The notes under the pieces: generated by a model
What the model saw: the letters and a program-made list of their open reading frames with translations, nothing else
Told to the model about the DNA's origin: nothing
Database searches by the model: none
Made by a program: the position numbers and the translations under genes
Shown here: piece after piece, positions 47,962 through 59,337 of the stretch
Numbering within the stretch: the first letter of the stretch is position 1
Layout: every line of letters begins with the position of its first letter
From: an uncultured Chitinophagaceae bacterium
GTDB lineage: Bacteria > Bacteroidota > Ignavibacteria > UBA10030 > UBA8401
DNA length: 64,000 nt
Reading direction: 5' to 3'
Assembly (NCBI GenBank): GCA_964367235.1
Contig: CAYIXI010000001.1
Coordinates: 14,878 to 78,877, forward strand

Positions 47962-49043
47962 ACCAACATCATCTTACCTGTTTTTACATTCTTATTATTT
48001 AGCAATCTGTAAAAATATGAACCACTTGGTAAATTCTCTGCTTCAAAATTAATTGAATGTTTTCCTCTTTTTTGTTTTTCATCGACCAAATTTGCAACTT
48101 CTTTTCCAAGTATATTAAATACTTTTAAAGAGACTTTTGAATCCTCATTTAATTCGTAAGAAATTTTTGTTTGAGGATTAAATGGATTTGGAAAATTTTG
48201 ATGTAAAAGAAAACTTTTCGCATTGTTGATATTTGAGAAGTTGACATTTGTCGAAGTTTCATTGGACAATTTTTCGATGTAATAAGTATAAACTTTTCCT
48301 GAATCATTTATCCATGACCGTGTTGGTTCTGCTAATAAAAACATCCCATTTTTTGTAAAAAATTCTATTCTACTTCTTTTATCTATATAAGTTTCAGTTG
48401 GAGTAATAACACTATCAATCATTATTGAATAAACTCTTAAACATGGATAGGAGTTTTGACCAATCTTAATTGTTCCGAATGCATCACATTTTGATGTGCT
48501 ATACTTTGTAAATCTATATCCATTACCTGGATCATCAGATACAATATTATATTCAGTATGAGTAAAACCTAATGCTAACGGTAGTTTATAAAATAATAAT
48601 TGATTTTCTATTTTTCCTTCATAACTACTCTCATTATTTTCGAGATTCTCAAATAAATAAAACCGACCTATTAATTTTACACCCTCAGGTTGAAAGTCTA
48701 AATAAATCTCTGCAAATATTGAATTTGAATCTTCAGTAAAAAAATTTGTTTTAGCAACTACTTTAGCATCAAGATAAAAAGAATTTGCAAAACCAGTGGA
48801 AGGATTATCCAATTGATATTTAATTGAGTCATTAAATATTAAAGATGGCATAACCCAGTTTTGGGAAACCGTATTTGATGGATATCCAATATCAAACTAA
48901 ATTGAATCTTCATTGTAAACATAATCATTTAATGACTTACCAACTTCAAACAATTTTTTCATATCATCAAGAGTAACAGTAATTTGGGCTTTTAATGGGA
49001 TGAAAAAAAGGAAATAGATTATTGAAAAATAAATTTTACTCAT
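47955..49043 (-). pseudogene. T9SS C-terminal-sorting-domain cargo protein interrupted by a single in-frame TAG
   Basis: Start ATG 49043-49041 with GGAGG SD and signal peptide MSKIYFSIIYFLFFIPLKAQ. Same frame as the track ORF 47955-48851, separated only by TAG at 48897-48899. The C-terminus ...LPSGSYFYRLLNNKNVKTGKMMLVK is a T9SS type-A CTD. Confidence 0.55.
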
Positions 49044-49116
49044 AAAACCTCCGTGAAATTGTTTATAATGTTAAATTTTGTATCGAAACATACTATTTTT
49101 TTCTCAAATCACAACA

Positions 49117-49911
49117 TCAACTTTTGAGATGTAAATGTTCATTAATAACATCCTTTACTAATTGAACATCGTCGGCAATTAATCCATCGATATTTAATTT
49201 TAATAACCGCTCAACATCTTTTTTTGATGTAATGCCATAAACATAAACTGCAATTTTATTTTGATGAGCATTTTGCACAACATCAAAATTTATTTGATGT
49301 TTATTGCAAATAAAAATTTCTGCATTTACTTTTTTTGCAAGTCTGCTTGGAGAGTTACGAAAATCTTTAAGCGAATTAAATAAAACTCCAATTGTAATTG
49401 TTGGATTGAGTTTTTTGATTTGTGTAATTATTTTGTGATTGAAAGAAGAGACACAAATAAATTTATTTTTAGAAAATCCATCAAGTGATTTTAATAATAA
49501 TTCAGCCATCGAATTATTTTTAAATTTAACATCTGGTTTAATTTCTATATTAAGAAAAATTTTTGGCGATGCAATCCTTAAAAGATCATTGAGGTGAGGA
49601 ATTTTTTCATTCGAAAAAGATTTATCAAACCAACTTCCACAATCAAGCTGAGTTAATAAATTGCTACTTAACTCATAAACATCTTCATTTGTCCCGACAG
49701 TGCGTTTTAAATTATTATCATGGATTACTACAAACTCATCGTTGGAAGTTAATTGAATATCAAACTCAATCATATTTGCGCCAAACTCGATTGCTTTTTT
49801 AAACGAGGCAATTGTATTTTCTGGTGCTATTTTCGAAAATCCACGATGACCAATTACAAGCGGAGGTTTGTTAAAAAAAGATGGAGCAAATTTTTCAAAT
49901 GGAATTCCCAT
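49117..49911 (-). CDS. Glycerophosphodiester phosphodiesterase
   Basis: VIGHRGFSKIAPENTIASFKKAIEFGANMIEFDIQLTSNDEFVVIHD GDPD catalytic motifs; 264 aa. Confidence 0.8.
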   Translation of the reverse strand: MGIPFEKFAPSFFNKPPLVIGHRGFSKIAPENTIASFKKAIEFGANMIEFDIQLTSNDEFVVIHDNNLKRTVGTNEDVYELSSNLLTQLDCGSWFDKSFSNEKIPHLNDLLRIASPKIFLNIEIKPDVKFKNNSMAELLLKSLDGFSKNKFICVSSFNHKIITQIKKLNPTITIGVLFNSLKDFRNSPSRLAKKVNAEIFICNKHQINFDVVQNAHQNKIAVYVYGITSKKDVERLLKLNIDGLIADDVQLVKDVINEHLHLKS

Positions 49912-50544
49912 TTATTTTAATAAATCAAAAATTCGTTTTGCAACTTCATCGACATTTCCAAAGCCGTCAACATTTTTTAATACATTCAAACTTGAGTAAA
50001 AGTTTTTCAGTGGCTCGGTATTAGATTTATAAATTTCAAGTCTCTTGCGAACAGTTTCTGGTTTATCATCAATGCGTTGATAAATTTCTCCACTACACGA
50101 AATACATTTATTATTTTTTAGCATTTGAGAATTAAAAACTTTTCCACAATCCCTACAAATAAATCTATCGCTCAATCTTTTTACAATTTCATTTTCATCA
50201 AGATCAATATTAATAACCAAAGGATGCTGAATTTTTAAATCAACAAAAAGAGATTTTAAAGCATCGGCTTGCGCAACAGTTCGCGGGAAACCATCTAAAA
50301 TAAAGCCGTTTGCGCATTTTTCGTTTGACAAAACTTCCCTCACCATTTCAATCATCACGCTATCGGGAACTAAATTTCCGGCATCCATAAATTTTTTCGC
50401 TTCCAAACCAAGAGGAGTTTCGTTTTTAATTGCTACGCGCAAAATATCGCCAGTTGAAATATGTGCGAGATTAAATTTTGAAATTAAAAATTGCGCTTGC
50501 GTTCCTTTGCCAACTCCCGGTGCGCCAAATAAAATTATATTCAT
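49912..50544 (-). CDS. adk: Adenylate kinase
   Basis: MNIILFGAPGVGKGTQA P-loop, zinc-lid CRDCGKVF ... CISCSGE; the stop abuts the GDPD ATG (TAAATG). Confidence 0.9.
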   Translation of the reverse strand: MNIILFGAPGVGKGTQAQFLISKFNLAHISTGDILRVAIKNETPLGLEAKKFMDAGNLVPDSVMIEMVREVLSNEKCANGFILDGFPRTVAQADALKSLFVDLKIQHPLVINIDLDENEIVKRLSDRFICRDCGKVFNSQMLKNNKCISCSGEIYQRIDDKPETVRKRLEIYKSNTEPLKNFYSSLNVLKNVDGFGNVDEVAKRIFDLLK

Positions 50545-50598
50545 AAAGTAAAAAAGTTAAATAAATTTAAAAGAAGATTGCTAAATTTGCAATCGAGT

Positions 50599-51681
50599 TT
50601 ATTTTGATGAAATTGCTAATTGTCCGCAAGCCGCATCGATATCGGCGCCGGAACTATTTCGAGTGAAAACCAAAACTCCGTTTGATTGTAATTTTGCGCT
50701 AAAGGATTTTATTTCCTCTCTCGATGCACTTTTTAAATCGTGGCCAATTCCTTTTGGTTTTGTAAACTCGATGTTGTGAAAAGGAATAATATTTATTCGC
50801 ATCGGAATTCTTTTATGTAATTTTGTTAATAGCGCAATATCCTTTTCTGTATCATTCAGTCCGCTAAATAAAATATATTCGAGCATAACGCTGAAGCCAG
50901 TTTTCTCGCTGTAATATTTTAAAGATTTAATTAATTCCTCGACAGAATATTTTTTTGTAATCGGCATTATTTTAATTCTTGTTTTGTCATCGAGCGAGTG
51001 AAGAGAGAGAGCTAATTTCATTTTTCTTTTTTCGTCTGCCATCTTTTTTATTCCATCAACATATCCGGCAGTTGAGATTGTAATTTTTTTCGGAGTGATA
51101 CTCATTCCTTTATTGTCAGTTAAAAGATCGCAGGCTTTCATTACCTCTTTGTAATTGAGCATTGGTTCGCCCATTCCCATAAAAACAACATTTGTAATTT
51201 TTTTTCCTGCAAATTTTTCAACAAAAATTATTTGTTCAATAATTTCTCCAGCGGTTAAATTTCTGGTAAATCCCATCGACGCAGTTGCGCAAAATTTGCA
51301 ATCAAGTGGGCAACCAACTTGTGTTGAAATGCAAATCGTTAGTCGCTTCTCAGCATCCACTGCAGTTTCTCTCGGGAGGATTAAAACGCTTTCAATTTTA
51401 TTTCCATCAAATAGTTTAAATAAAAATTTTGATGTCCCATCAATTTTTGAAGTTTGCGAATTGACTAAAGTTATTGAATTTATTGATGCAACCCGATTTA
51501 ATATTCCCCTGAATTCATTGGATAAATTTGTCATTTCATCAAAAGATGAAACTTTAAATTTGTAAAGCCACTCAAATAATTGTTGAGCTCTAAATTTTGA
51601 TTCCTCTTGAGACTCGACAAATTCTTTTAATTCGTCGAGAGTTTTTCCTGTTAATACAATTGCGTTTTTCTTCATAGGCAC
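50599..51681 (-). CDS. rlmN: 23S rRNA/tRNA m2A methyltransferase RlmN (radical SAM)
   Basis: CPLDCKFCATA radical-SAM motif, GMGEPMLN, C-terminal catalytic Cys; 360 aa. Confidence 0.85.
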   Translation of the reverse strand: MPMKKNAIVLTGKTLDELKEFVESQEESKFRAQQLFEWLYKFKVSSFDEMTNLSNEFRGILNRVASINSITLVNSQTSKIDGTSKFLFKLFDGNKIESVLILPRETAVDAEKRLTICISTQVGCPLDCKFCATASMGFTRNLTAGEIIEQIIFVEKFAGKKITNVVFMGMGEPMLNYKEVMKACDLLTDNKGMSITPKKITISTAGYVDGIKKMADEKRKMKLALSLHSLDDKTRIKIMPITKKYSVEELIKSLKYYSEKTGFSVMLEYILFSGLNDTEKDIALLTKLHKRIPMRINIIPFHNIEFTKPKGIGHDLKSASREEIKSFSAKLQSNGVLVFTRNSSGADIDAACGQLAISSK

Positions 51682-51786
51682 AATTTAACGAAAATTCAAA
51701 AAGCATCAAAATTAGTATTGTAAAAGTGTGGGTATTTTAGCAAAAAAATATTATTTTCGTCAACACAAACTCGGGTTTAACGAATT

Positions 51787-53451
51787 ATGAAAAAATTTTT
51801 ATTTATCCTTTTATTTCCATTTCTCATTTCAGTTTCAAATGAAAAACCAAAACTTGTTGTTGTAATCAGCATCGACCAATTACGATACGATTATTTGGAA
51901 AGGTTTGCACCATATTTTAGCAAGCGAGGATTTAATCTTTTTTTAAAAGATGGCGCAAATTTTTCATCAGCAAATTTTTTGCATTCTGCAACTGAAACCG
52001 GTCCCGGTCACGCTGTAATTTTAAGTGGCTCGTACGGAGTGGTAAATGGAATTATTGCAAATCAGTGGTACGATAATAAAAATAATAAAGAAGTTTATTG
52101 TGTCGATGATGAAAACAGTACAATTTTATTTAGCACAAAAAAAATTGGAAACTCTCCGAAAAATTTTATTGGTTCAACCGTTGGCGATCAACTTCGCGAG
52201 TCGAATAATTACCAGTCTAAAGTAATTTCAATTTCAAATAAAGATAGGGCCGCAATTTTAATGGGAGGAAAAACTCCATCTGAAGTTTATTTTGGTAGTT
52301 CAAACAATTCAACTTCATTTTTTTCAACTTCTTCTTATTACGCAACCGAACTTCCAACTTGGGTAAATGATTTTAATAAAAATGAAAATATAATTTCATA
52401 CAAAGGAAAAATTTGGGATAGAATTTTACCAATTTCAGAATATAAAATTCAAAGCAGTGATGATTTCGAAGCCGAGAATCCAACTTATGGAATGGATAAA
52501 TCTTTTCCTCATACAATAAATGGCGGAGAAAACTCAACATTACAGCAGTTTTCAACGGCTTTTTTATACTCTCCATTTGCAAATGAACATCTTTTTAAAT
52601 TTGTAAAATCTGCAATCGAAAATAATAAATTAGGAAAAAATATTTATACCGATTTGCTTGCAGTAAGTTTATCCGCAAACGATTATGTTGGACACGGCTT
52701 TGGTCCAAATAGTCACGAAGTAATGGATATAACAATTAGAACAGATAAAATGCTCGAAGAATTTTTTATTTATTTAGATAAATATATTGGACTAAAAAAT
52801 TGCTTGATTGTTTTAACTGCTGACCACGGTGTCTCTCCGATGCCAGAATATATTTTAGCGCAAAATAAAAATGCAGATGCTGGAAGAGTTGAATTTGAAA
52901 CAATTTCAAATGCAATCGAAAATAAATTAAATAATGTTTTTGGTTCGGCTGGAAATAAAAAATGGATAAAAAAAATAACTGGTGCAAATATTTATTTGAA
53001 TGACTCATTAGTAAGTGAAAAAAATTTAATGATGAATTATGTTGAGTCAGTTACCGCGGAGACACTTTTAACTATTCGCGGGATTGCCGCAGTACAAACT
53101 GCAACAGATTTAAAAAATAATTCTGGTGGCAATTTTTTATTTGAAAAAGCAAAATTAAATTTTATGGCTTCCAGAAGTGGAAATCTTTATCTTCAACTAA
53201 AACCATTTTACTCTTTAAGTTGGAATAAAAATTTAACTTCGCATGGCGCAGGTTACGGTGCATCGCATGGAGAACCTTGGAATTGCGATTCGCATGTTCC
53301 GTTACTTTTTTATGGTGCAGGTTTGCAAAAAGGAAAATTTTCAGAAAGCGTAAGCATCGCAGATATAGCACCAACTTTATCTTTTATCTTAAAAATTGAG
53401 CCACCAGTTGGCAATCAAGGAAAAATTTTAAAAGATCTTTTTAAAAAATAA
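51787..53451 (+). CDS. PafA-like alkaline phosphatase (nucleotide pyrophosphatase/phosphodiesterase superfamily)
   Basis: Signal peptide then KPKLVVVISIDQLRYDYLERF metal-site motif resembling Bacteroidetes PafA; 554 aa. Confidence 0.7.
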   Translation: MKKFLFILLFPFLISVSNEKPKLVVVISIDQLRYDYLERFAPYFSKRGFNLFLKDGANFSSANFLHSATETGPGHAVILSGSYGVVNGIIANQWYDNKNNKEVYCVDDENSTILFSTKKIGNSPKNFIGSTVGDQLRESNNYQSKVISISNKDRAAILMGGKTPSEVYFGSSNNSTSFFSTSSYYATELPTWVNDFNKNENIISYKGKIWDRILPISEYKIQSSDDFEAENPTYGMDKSFPHTINGGENSTLQQFSTAFLYSPFANEHLFKFVKSAIENNKLGKNIYTDLLAVSLSANDYVGHGFGPNSHEVMDITIRTDKMLEEFFIYLDKYIGLKNCLIVLTADHGVSPMPEYILAQNKNADAGRVEFETISNAIENKLNNVFGSAGNKKWIKKITGANIYLNDSLVSEKNLMMNYVESVTAETLLTIRGIAAVQTATDLKNNSGGNFLFEKAKLNFMASRSGNLYLQLKPFYSLSWNKNLTSHGAGYGASHGEPWNCDSHVPLLFYGAGLQKGKFSESVSIADIAPTLSFILKIEPPVGNQGKILKDLFKK

Positions 53452-53453
53452 AA

Positions 53454-56264
53454 TTGCCGAAATTAAATCCCTTAAAAAATCTCCATCAATCAATAATTAT
53501 TCGTGGCGCACGCGAGCATAATCTAAAAAATATTTCGCTCGAAATTCCTCGAAATAAATTTGTTGTTATTACTGGCGTTAGCGGTTCGGGCAAATCCACC
53601 CTTGCATTTGATACACTTTACGCCGAAGGACAGAGAAGATTTGTGGAGAGTCTTTCGGTTTACGCACGGCAATTTTTAGATAGAATGCCAAAGCCCGATG
53701 TTGATGCAATCCTAAATATTTCTCCAACAATTGCTATCGAACAAAAATCGATTACAAAAAATCCTCGTTCAACCGTTGCAACAACTACCGAAATTTACGA
53801 TTACCTCCGATTACTTTTTGCGAGGATTGGAAAAACTTTTTGCCTTAATTGCGGAGAAATTATTTTGCGCGATTCGGTCGAATCGGTTGTAAATACTTTT
53901 TCCGATTTAGATGACGGAAAAAAATTTTATATCGCTTTTGAAATACCAACTCATCATGGTCATAGTTTTAAAGAGGAGTGCGATGCACTTAAAGCAAGAG
54001 GATTTTTTCGTCTCTTAATTAATAATGAAGTTGTAGATTTAAATGAGTCGGAAGTAATCACACAATCGAAAAAAAATATTTATGTTTTGGTTGATAGATA
54101 TATTCATCGCTCAAATACTAAAACTACAAAAACAAGATTGGCAGATTCAATCCAAACTGCATTTGTTGAAGGAAACGGTTATGTTTCAATTTTTAATTTG
54201 GAATCGAATTTGCCTCGGCACTTCAATCAACATTTTGAATGTGCAAATTGCAAAATAAAATATGATGAACCCGAGCCATCAACTTTTACATTTAACAATC
54301 CACTTGGTGCTTGCAAAAAATGTCAAGGCTTTGGTCGTTCAATCGGAATTGATTTAGATTTAGTTGTTCCTCGAAAAGAAAAATCAATTTCCGATGGCGC
54401 AATTTTAGCTTGGACAACTCCATACTACAAACATAATATGGACGATTTACTTTCAATCGCAAACGAAGCCAAAGTGAGAGTTGATATTCCTTTTTCCGAT
54501 TTAACTTCGGAAGAATTACAAATTGTTTTAAACGGCTACAAAAAAAAATATCATGGCATTTACGGATTTTTTAAGTCGTTAGAAAAAAAACTTTACAAAA
54601 TTCAAAATCGAGTTATGATTAGTCGATATCGCGGTTACACAATTTGCGACGAATGTAACGGAAGTCGTTTAAAAAAAGAGGCGCTTGCAGTTAAAATCTC
54701 GAAGAAAACTATTTTCGATATTTCTTGTATGCGAATTGAGGATGCGAAAAATTATTTTGAAAATTTGGAATTAAGCAAATTCGATTTTGAAATTGCAAAA
54801 CGAATTCTAACGGAACTCAAAAAAAAGTTGAATTTATTAAACAATGTTGGCGTTGGTTATTTATCGCTCAATCGGCTTTCGATGACACTTTCCGGTGGCG
54901 AGGCGCAAAGAATAAATCTTGCAACATCAATTGGCTCATCTTTAATTGGCGCAACTTATATTTTAGATGAACCGAGCATCGGGCTTCATCCGCACGATAC
55001 AAATAGATTAATTAAAATTTTAAAATCACTTCGCGATTTAAAAAATTCTGTAATTGTTGTTGAGCACGATAGCGAAATTATTCGCTCTTGCGACCACTTA
55101 ATTGATATTGGTCCTTTTGCTGGCGAGCGTGGCGGAGAAATTATTTACGAAGGAAAAATCCCGAATAAATTACCGAAGACAAACTCACTAACTTTAAAAT
55201 ATCTTTTTGGAAAAGAAAAAATTCCAATTCCGAAAAAAAGAGGTGAAACAAAAAATGGGAAATCAATTACAATCCGTGGTGCGAAGGAAAATAATTTAAA
55301 AAATATTACAGTTAGTTTTCCGTTAAATAAATTTGTTTGCGTAACTGGTATTAGTGGTTCGGGCAAAAGTACATTAATTCACCAAATTCTTTATGCTCAC
55401 GCAATGAGGCGATTCGGCGCAACTTATGTTCAAAAGCCCGGCGCAGTTGATCTGATTGAAGGATTTAATTTTATTGATGGAATTGTTTTAGTCGATCAAT
55501 CTCCGATTGGTCGCACGCCTCGCTCAAATCCTGCAACTTACATAAAAGTATTTGACGAGATTCGCGAACTTTTATCTAAAACTACAACTTCCAAATTGCA
55601 CGGTTACTCTCCCGGATTTTTTTCTTTTAATGTTGCTGGCGGAAGATGCGATGCTTGCGAGGGAGATGGATTCCAAAAAATTGAAATGCAATTTATGGCA
55701 GATATTTATCTCGAATGCGAAAGTTGCAAAGGAAAAAGATTTAAAGATGAAGCACTTCAAGTTTTCTATCAAAATAAAAATGTAGATGATATTTTAAATA
55801 TGACAGTTGATTCTGCAATCGAATTTTTTTCGCAATTTCAATCAGCAAAAAAAGTTGTAAAAAAACTTCAACCACTTTTTGATGTCGGTCTTGGTTACAT
55901 TCGGCTTGGTCAATCTGCTACAACACTTTCTGGTGGAGAGGCGCAAAGAGTAAAACTTGCCGCTTATTTAACATCGCAAAAAAATGGCAATCAACTTTTT
56001 ATTTTTGACGAGCCAACAACTGGTCTTCACTTCGATGACATCAAAAAACTTTTAGCTTGTTTTGAGGCGCTGATTGAAACTGGTCACTCTATTATAGTGA
56101 TTGAGCATAACCTTGAGGTAATTAAATGCGCTGATTTTATTGTAGATTTGGGGCCGATGGGCGGCGTTAGTGGTGGCGAGGTTGTTGCCACAGGTTCGCC
56201 CGATGAGATTTGCCGAAACACGAACTCGATTACTGGCAAATATTTAAAAGCTGTTTTGGTTTGA
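53454..56264 (+). CDS. uvrA: Excinuclease ABC subunit A (TTG start)
   Basis: [40 protein letters not shown], two ABC modules, zinc-finger Cys clusters; 936 aa. Confidence 0.95.
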   Translation: MPKLNPLKNLHQSIIIRGAREHNLKNISLEIPRNKFVVITGVSGSGKSTLAFDTLYAEGQRRFVESLSVYARQFLDRMPKPDVDAILNISPTIAIEQKSITKNPRSTVATTTEIYDYLRLLFARIGKTFCLNCGEIILRDSVESVVNTFSDLDDGKKFYIAFEIPTHHGHSFKEECDALKARGFFRLLINNEVVDLNESEVITQSKKNIYVLVDRYIHRSNTKTTKTRLADSIQTAFVEGNGYVSIFNLESNLPRHFNQHFECANCKIKYDEPEPSTFTFNNPLGACKKCQGFGRSIGIDLDLVVPRKEKSISDGAILAWTTPYYKHNMDDLLSIANEAKVRVDIPFSDLTSEELQIVLNGYKKKYHGIYGFFKSLEKKLYKIQNRVMISRYRGYTICDECNGSRLKKEALAVKISKKTIFDISCMRIEDAKNYFENLELSKFDFEIAKRILTELKKKLNLLNNVGVGYLSLNRLSMTLSGGEAQRINLATSIGSSLIGATYILDEPSIGLHPHDTNRLIKILKSLRDLKNSVIVVEHDSEIIRSCDHLIDIGPFAGERGGEIIYEGKIPNKLPKTNSLTLKYLFGKEKIPIPKKRGETKNGKSITIRGAKENNLKNITVSFPLNKFVCVTGISGSGKSTLIHQILYAHAMRRFGATYVQKPGAVDLIEGFNFIDGIVLVDQSPIGRTPRSNPATYIKVFDEIRELLSKTTTSKLHGYSPGFFSFNVAGGRCDACEGDGFQKIEMQFMADIYLECESCKGKRFKDEALQVFYQNKNVDDILNMTVDSAIEFFSQFQSAKKVVKKLQPLFDVGLGYIRLGQSATTLSGGEAQRVKLAAYLTSQKNGNQLFIFDEPTTGLHFDDIKKLLACFEALIETGHSIIVIEHNLEVIKCADFIVDLGPMGGVSGGEVVATGSPDEICRNTNSITGKYLKAVLV

Positions 56265-56295
56265 TTTTTGAGAATTCATTTGTAATCTAAAATAA

Positions 56296-57567
56296 ATGTA
56301 CAACATACCACATATCGACCCTGTAATGATTTTGCCATTTATTATTTTACTTGGCTTGATTGCATTTGCTCCTTTTATAAATAAAAAATTTTGGGAAAAT
56401 TATTATCCAGCGATTTCAATTTCACTTGGTTTGATAATTGTTGGATATTATATTTTCATTTTAAAAAATAGTGAAAGAGTTTTAATTACTGCTCACGATT
56501 ATTTTAGCTTTATAATTTTAATCGGTTCGCTTTATGTTGTAAGTGGCGGAATTTTAATTTTGCTCAAAGGCAAATCAACTCCAAAATATAATTTAGTTCT
56601 TTTGGCGATTGGAGCCGTTGTAGCAAATATTTTAGGGACAACTGGCGCATCGATGCTTTTGATTCGTCCATTTATTAAAATTAATAAATATAGATTAAAA
56701 CCTTTCCACATTATATTTTTTATTTTTATTGTAAGCAATGTTGGCGGAATGCTAACACCAATCGGCGACCCACCTTTATTTTTAGGATTCTTAAAAGGAA
56801 TTCCATTTTTTTGGATTACAACCCATTTGTTTTGGATTTGGCTTTTTACAAACGGACTTATTTTAGCAATATTTTATCTTTACGATAAAAAAGATTTTGA
56901 ACATCGAACTGAAAAAACTCAACACGAAATAGAATCGGAAAAAGAAGAGTGGCATTTTAAAGGAATTTTGAATTTAGGATTTTTAGCGCTAATTATTTTT
57001 TCAGTTTTTATTGAGTCTCCAATAATGCTTCGAGAGATAATAATGATTACTGCCGCGCTTAGCTCTTATTATTTTACCGATAAAGAGATTCATAAAAAAA
57101 ATAATTTTAATTTTCATCCAATAAAAGAAGTTGCAATTTTATTTCTCGGAATATTTGCTACTATGATGCCAGCGCTTGATTGGCTTTCATTAAATTCATC
57201 GCAACTTGGGATTAATACAACGACAGAATATTTTTGGGCAACGGGGCTTCTCTCATCAGCTTTAGATAATGCGCCAACATATTTAAATTTTTTAACTGCA
57301 TCATTCGGTTTATTTAATTTAAACATCGATAATGTAAATCATCTCAAAGAATTTTTAATTAATCACGCAAAATATGTTGAGGTTATTTCTGCGGCTTCGG
57401 TTACATTTGGCGCATGCACTTACATCGGTAACGGACCAAACTTTATGGTCAAATCAATTGCTGAACAGAGTGGAGTTGAGATGCCAAATTTTGTAGAATA
57501 TATTTTTAAATTTTCTTTAAAAATTTTATTGCCAATTTATTTTTTAGTTTGGCTTATATTTTTCTAA
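56296..57567 (+). CDS. ArsB/NhaD-superfamily ion transporter (putative Na+/H+ antiporter)
   Basis: 10-12 TM helices; TTGASMLLIRPF and GGMLTPIGDPPLFLGF segments typical of COG1055-type permeases. Confidence 0.45.
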   Translation: MYNIPHIDPVMILPFIILLGLIAFAPFINKKFWENYYPAISISLGLIIVGYYIFILKNSERVLITAHDYFSFIILIGSLYVVSGGILILLKGKSTPKYNLVLLAIGAVVANILGTTGASMLLIRPFIKINKYRLKPFHIIFFIFIVSNVGGMLTPIGDPPLFLGFLKGIPFFWITTHLFWIWLFTNGLILAIFYLYDKKDFEHRTEKTQHEIESEKEEWHFKGILNLGFLALIIFSVFIESPIMLREIIMITAALSSYYFTDKEIHKKNNFNFHPIKEVAILFLGIFATMMPALDWLSLNSSQLGINTTTEYFWATGLLSSALDNAPTYLNFLTASFGLFNLNIDNVNHLKEFLINHAKYVEVISAASVTFGACTYIGNGPNFMVKSIAEQSGVEMPNFVEYIFKFSLKILLPIYFLVWLIFF

Positions 57568-57614
57568 GTTTCTTGCAGTCTTTATGATGTTTTTGTATTT
57601 TGATGAAAATTTCG

Positions 57615-57688
57615 GGGCCCTTAGCTCAGTTGGTTAGAGCAAGCGACTCATAATCGCTGGGTCGCAGGTTCAAGTCCTGCAGGGCCCA
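57615..57688 (+). tRNA. tRNA with CAU anticodon (elongator Met or lysidine-modified Ile2; not initiator)
   Basis: Hand-folded cloverleaf. Acceptor GGGCCCU/AGGGCCC; D-arm GCUCAGUUGGUUAGAGC; anticodon stem AGCGA/UCGCU with loop CUCAUAA; T-arm GCAGG-UUCAAGU-CCUGC; discriminator A. CCA is not encoded. Confidence 0.85.
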
Positions 57689-57697
57689 CATTATTTT

Positions 57698-57728
57698 TAA
57701 AAATCCCATCTTAAAATGGGATTTTTTA
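57698..57728. terminator. Bidirectional hairpin terminator after the tRNA, facing the MFS gene
   Basis: TAAAAATCCCAT-N6-ATGGGATTTTTT. Confidence 0.7.
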
Positions 57729-57757
57729 TTATTTTTTAGTTAAATAAATTTATAAAA

Positions 57758-58924
57758 TCAAAATCTAATTGCGTGGGATTTTTTTAGTTCGTTATAAGAT
57801 AAAAATGCCGCAAGCAAAGTTAAAACACCGGAAAAATAAAAAGGGAATTTCAAATTGATTTCAAACATTGCGCCAGCAATAAGTGGAGAGATAATCATTG
57901 CGAAAGACATAATACCAGAAAGTGTTCCGATGACCATTCCTTTTTCTTGAGGGAGAGATTTTCCAGCACTTTGGTTTGTAATGGCAACTCTTAAAATCGC
58001 TTGAGCAGTTGCAATTGGTACAAAAGAAATAAAAAATAAAATTAATGAATCGCTTGCCATTACAAAAGAGCCAATCGTCATCATCGAAAACATAATCACT
58101 TCAAGTTTTAAATCGGAAAAATTTTTCAACCAAAATCTTTTTAAAAGATAAACTTGATTAAGTAATGCAGTCAATCCTAAAGATGCAAACATCAAACCAA
58201 TTTGAATTCCAGAAAAATTAAATTTTGCATGTCCATATAAACTAAAAATAGATTGTGCTCCAGCCCACGAAAAAATAAATAAAAAATAAGAAATATATTG
58301 TGGACGAATTGAAGATGGAAGGATTGCTCGTTTTAATGGTAGCAGAGGATTGAATCTAATTTTTTCAGTTGAGCGATTGTGATTTGTTTCGGGTAAATTA
58401 TAAAACGCAAAAATAAAATTAGCAACAGATAAAAATCCTGCGCACCAAAATGGAAACGAATGTGAAACTACACTTAATAGTCCACCTAAAATCGGACCAA
58501 TCATAAAACCAATTCCAAAAACAGCACCGATTAATCCTAAATTCATTGCGCGTTCTTTTTCATCTTTCGAAATATCAACTAAATAACTTTGCGCAGTCGA
58601 AAAATTTCCTGCGGCAATTCCATCAATAATTCTTCCAACAAAAAGAAAAAGAATGGAATTTGCGCTTGCAAAAACAAACCAACCAATTGCCGAACTTAAA
58701 ATGCTAATTAAAAGTATAGGTCGTCTACCAATTTTGTCGGAAAGAGAACCTAAAAAAGGATTGGAAAAGAAGGAGAAAAGCGAGTAAACGGAAAAAAGAA
58801 TTGTTACAGTGTTTGGAGAAGCGCCGAAATCGGTAACATAAAAGGGGAGAATTGGAATTACAATAGATAAGCCAAGCACATCAATTAAAACTGTAAATAA
58901 AATAATGATTTTTTCTTTTTTCAT
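57758..58924 (-). CDS. MFS transporter (DHA1/TetA-like)
   Basis: 12 TM helices, MFS motif A LGSLSDKIGRRPILL. Confidence 0.75.
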   Translation of the reverse strand: MKKEKIIILFTVLIDVLGLSIVIPILPFYVTDFGASPNTVTILFSVYSLFSFFSNPFLGSLSDKIGRRPILLISILSSAIGWFVFASANSILFLFVGRIIDGIAAGNFSTAQSYLVDISKDEKERAMNLGLIGAVFGIGFMIGPILGGLLSVVSHSFPFWCAGFLSVANFIFAFYNLPETNHNRSTEKIRFNPLLPLKRAILPSSIRPQYISYFLFIFSWAGAQSIFSLYGHAKFNFSGIQIGLMFASLGLTALLNQVYLLKRFWLKNFSDLKLEVIMFSMMTIGSFVMASDSLILFFISFVPIATAQAILRVAITNQSAGKSLPQEKGMVIGTLSGIMSFAMIISPLIAGAMFEINLKFPFYFSGVLTLLAAFLSYNELKKSHAIRF

Positions 58925-59033
58925 TTTGATTTTTTAAGATAAGAATATTTGAAACAATTAGAAATGAATTCTTGAATGTAATGCAAGATTTTTTTATCTT
59001 TGCTGAGAAAATTTAGGAAGGTACAAATTACAA

Positions 59034-59288
59034 ATGGCACAACACAAATCAGCTATTAAAAGAATTCGCACTAGCGAAAAGAAAAAAATAAAAAACAAAG
59101 TTCAGACTTCTAAACTTCGTACACTTGTTAAAAAAGTTCGAAGTGAAAAAAATAAAGAGACAGCTTTAAAACTTTTGAAAGAGACAACTTCGTATTTGGA
59201 TACACTTGCAGGCAAGGGAGTTATTCATAAAAATAAAGCGTCAAATCAAAAATCGAAAATTTCAAAGTTAGTTAACTCGATTAAATAA
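59034..59288 (+). CDS. rpsT: 30S ribosomal protein S20
   Basis: MAQHKSAIKRIRTSEKKK... basic helical protein; 84 aa. Confidence 0.9.
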   Translation: MAQHKSAIKRIRTSEKKKIKNKVQTSKLRTLVKKVRSEKNKETALKLLKETTSYLDTLAGKGVIHKNKASNQKSKISKLVNSIK

Positions 59289-59312
59289 ATTTAGAATTTA
59301 GTAAAATAAAAA

Positions 59313-59337
59313 AGTCCACTTAAGTGGACTTTTTTAT
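59313..59337 (+). terminator. Rho-independent terminator after rpsT
   Basis: Palindrome AGTCCACTTAAGTGGACT followed by TTTTTT; overlaps the stop of the convergent TPR gene. Confidence 0.65.

Noticed and set aside
57615-57688. Possibility that the CAU tRNA is the initiator tRNA-fMet
   Set aside because: G1-C72 is paired and the anticodon stem is AGCGA/UCGCU rather than carrying three consecutive G-C pairs, so the initiator hallmarks are missing.
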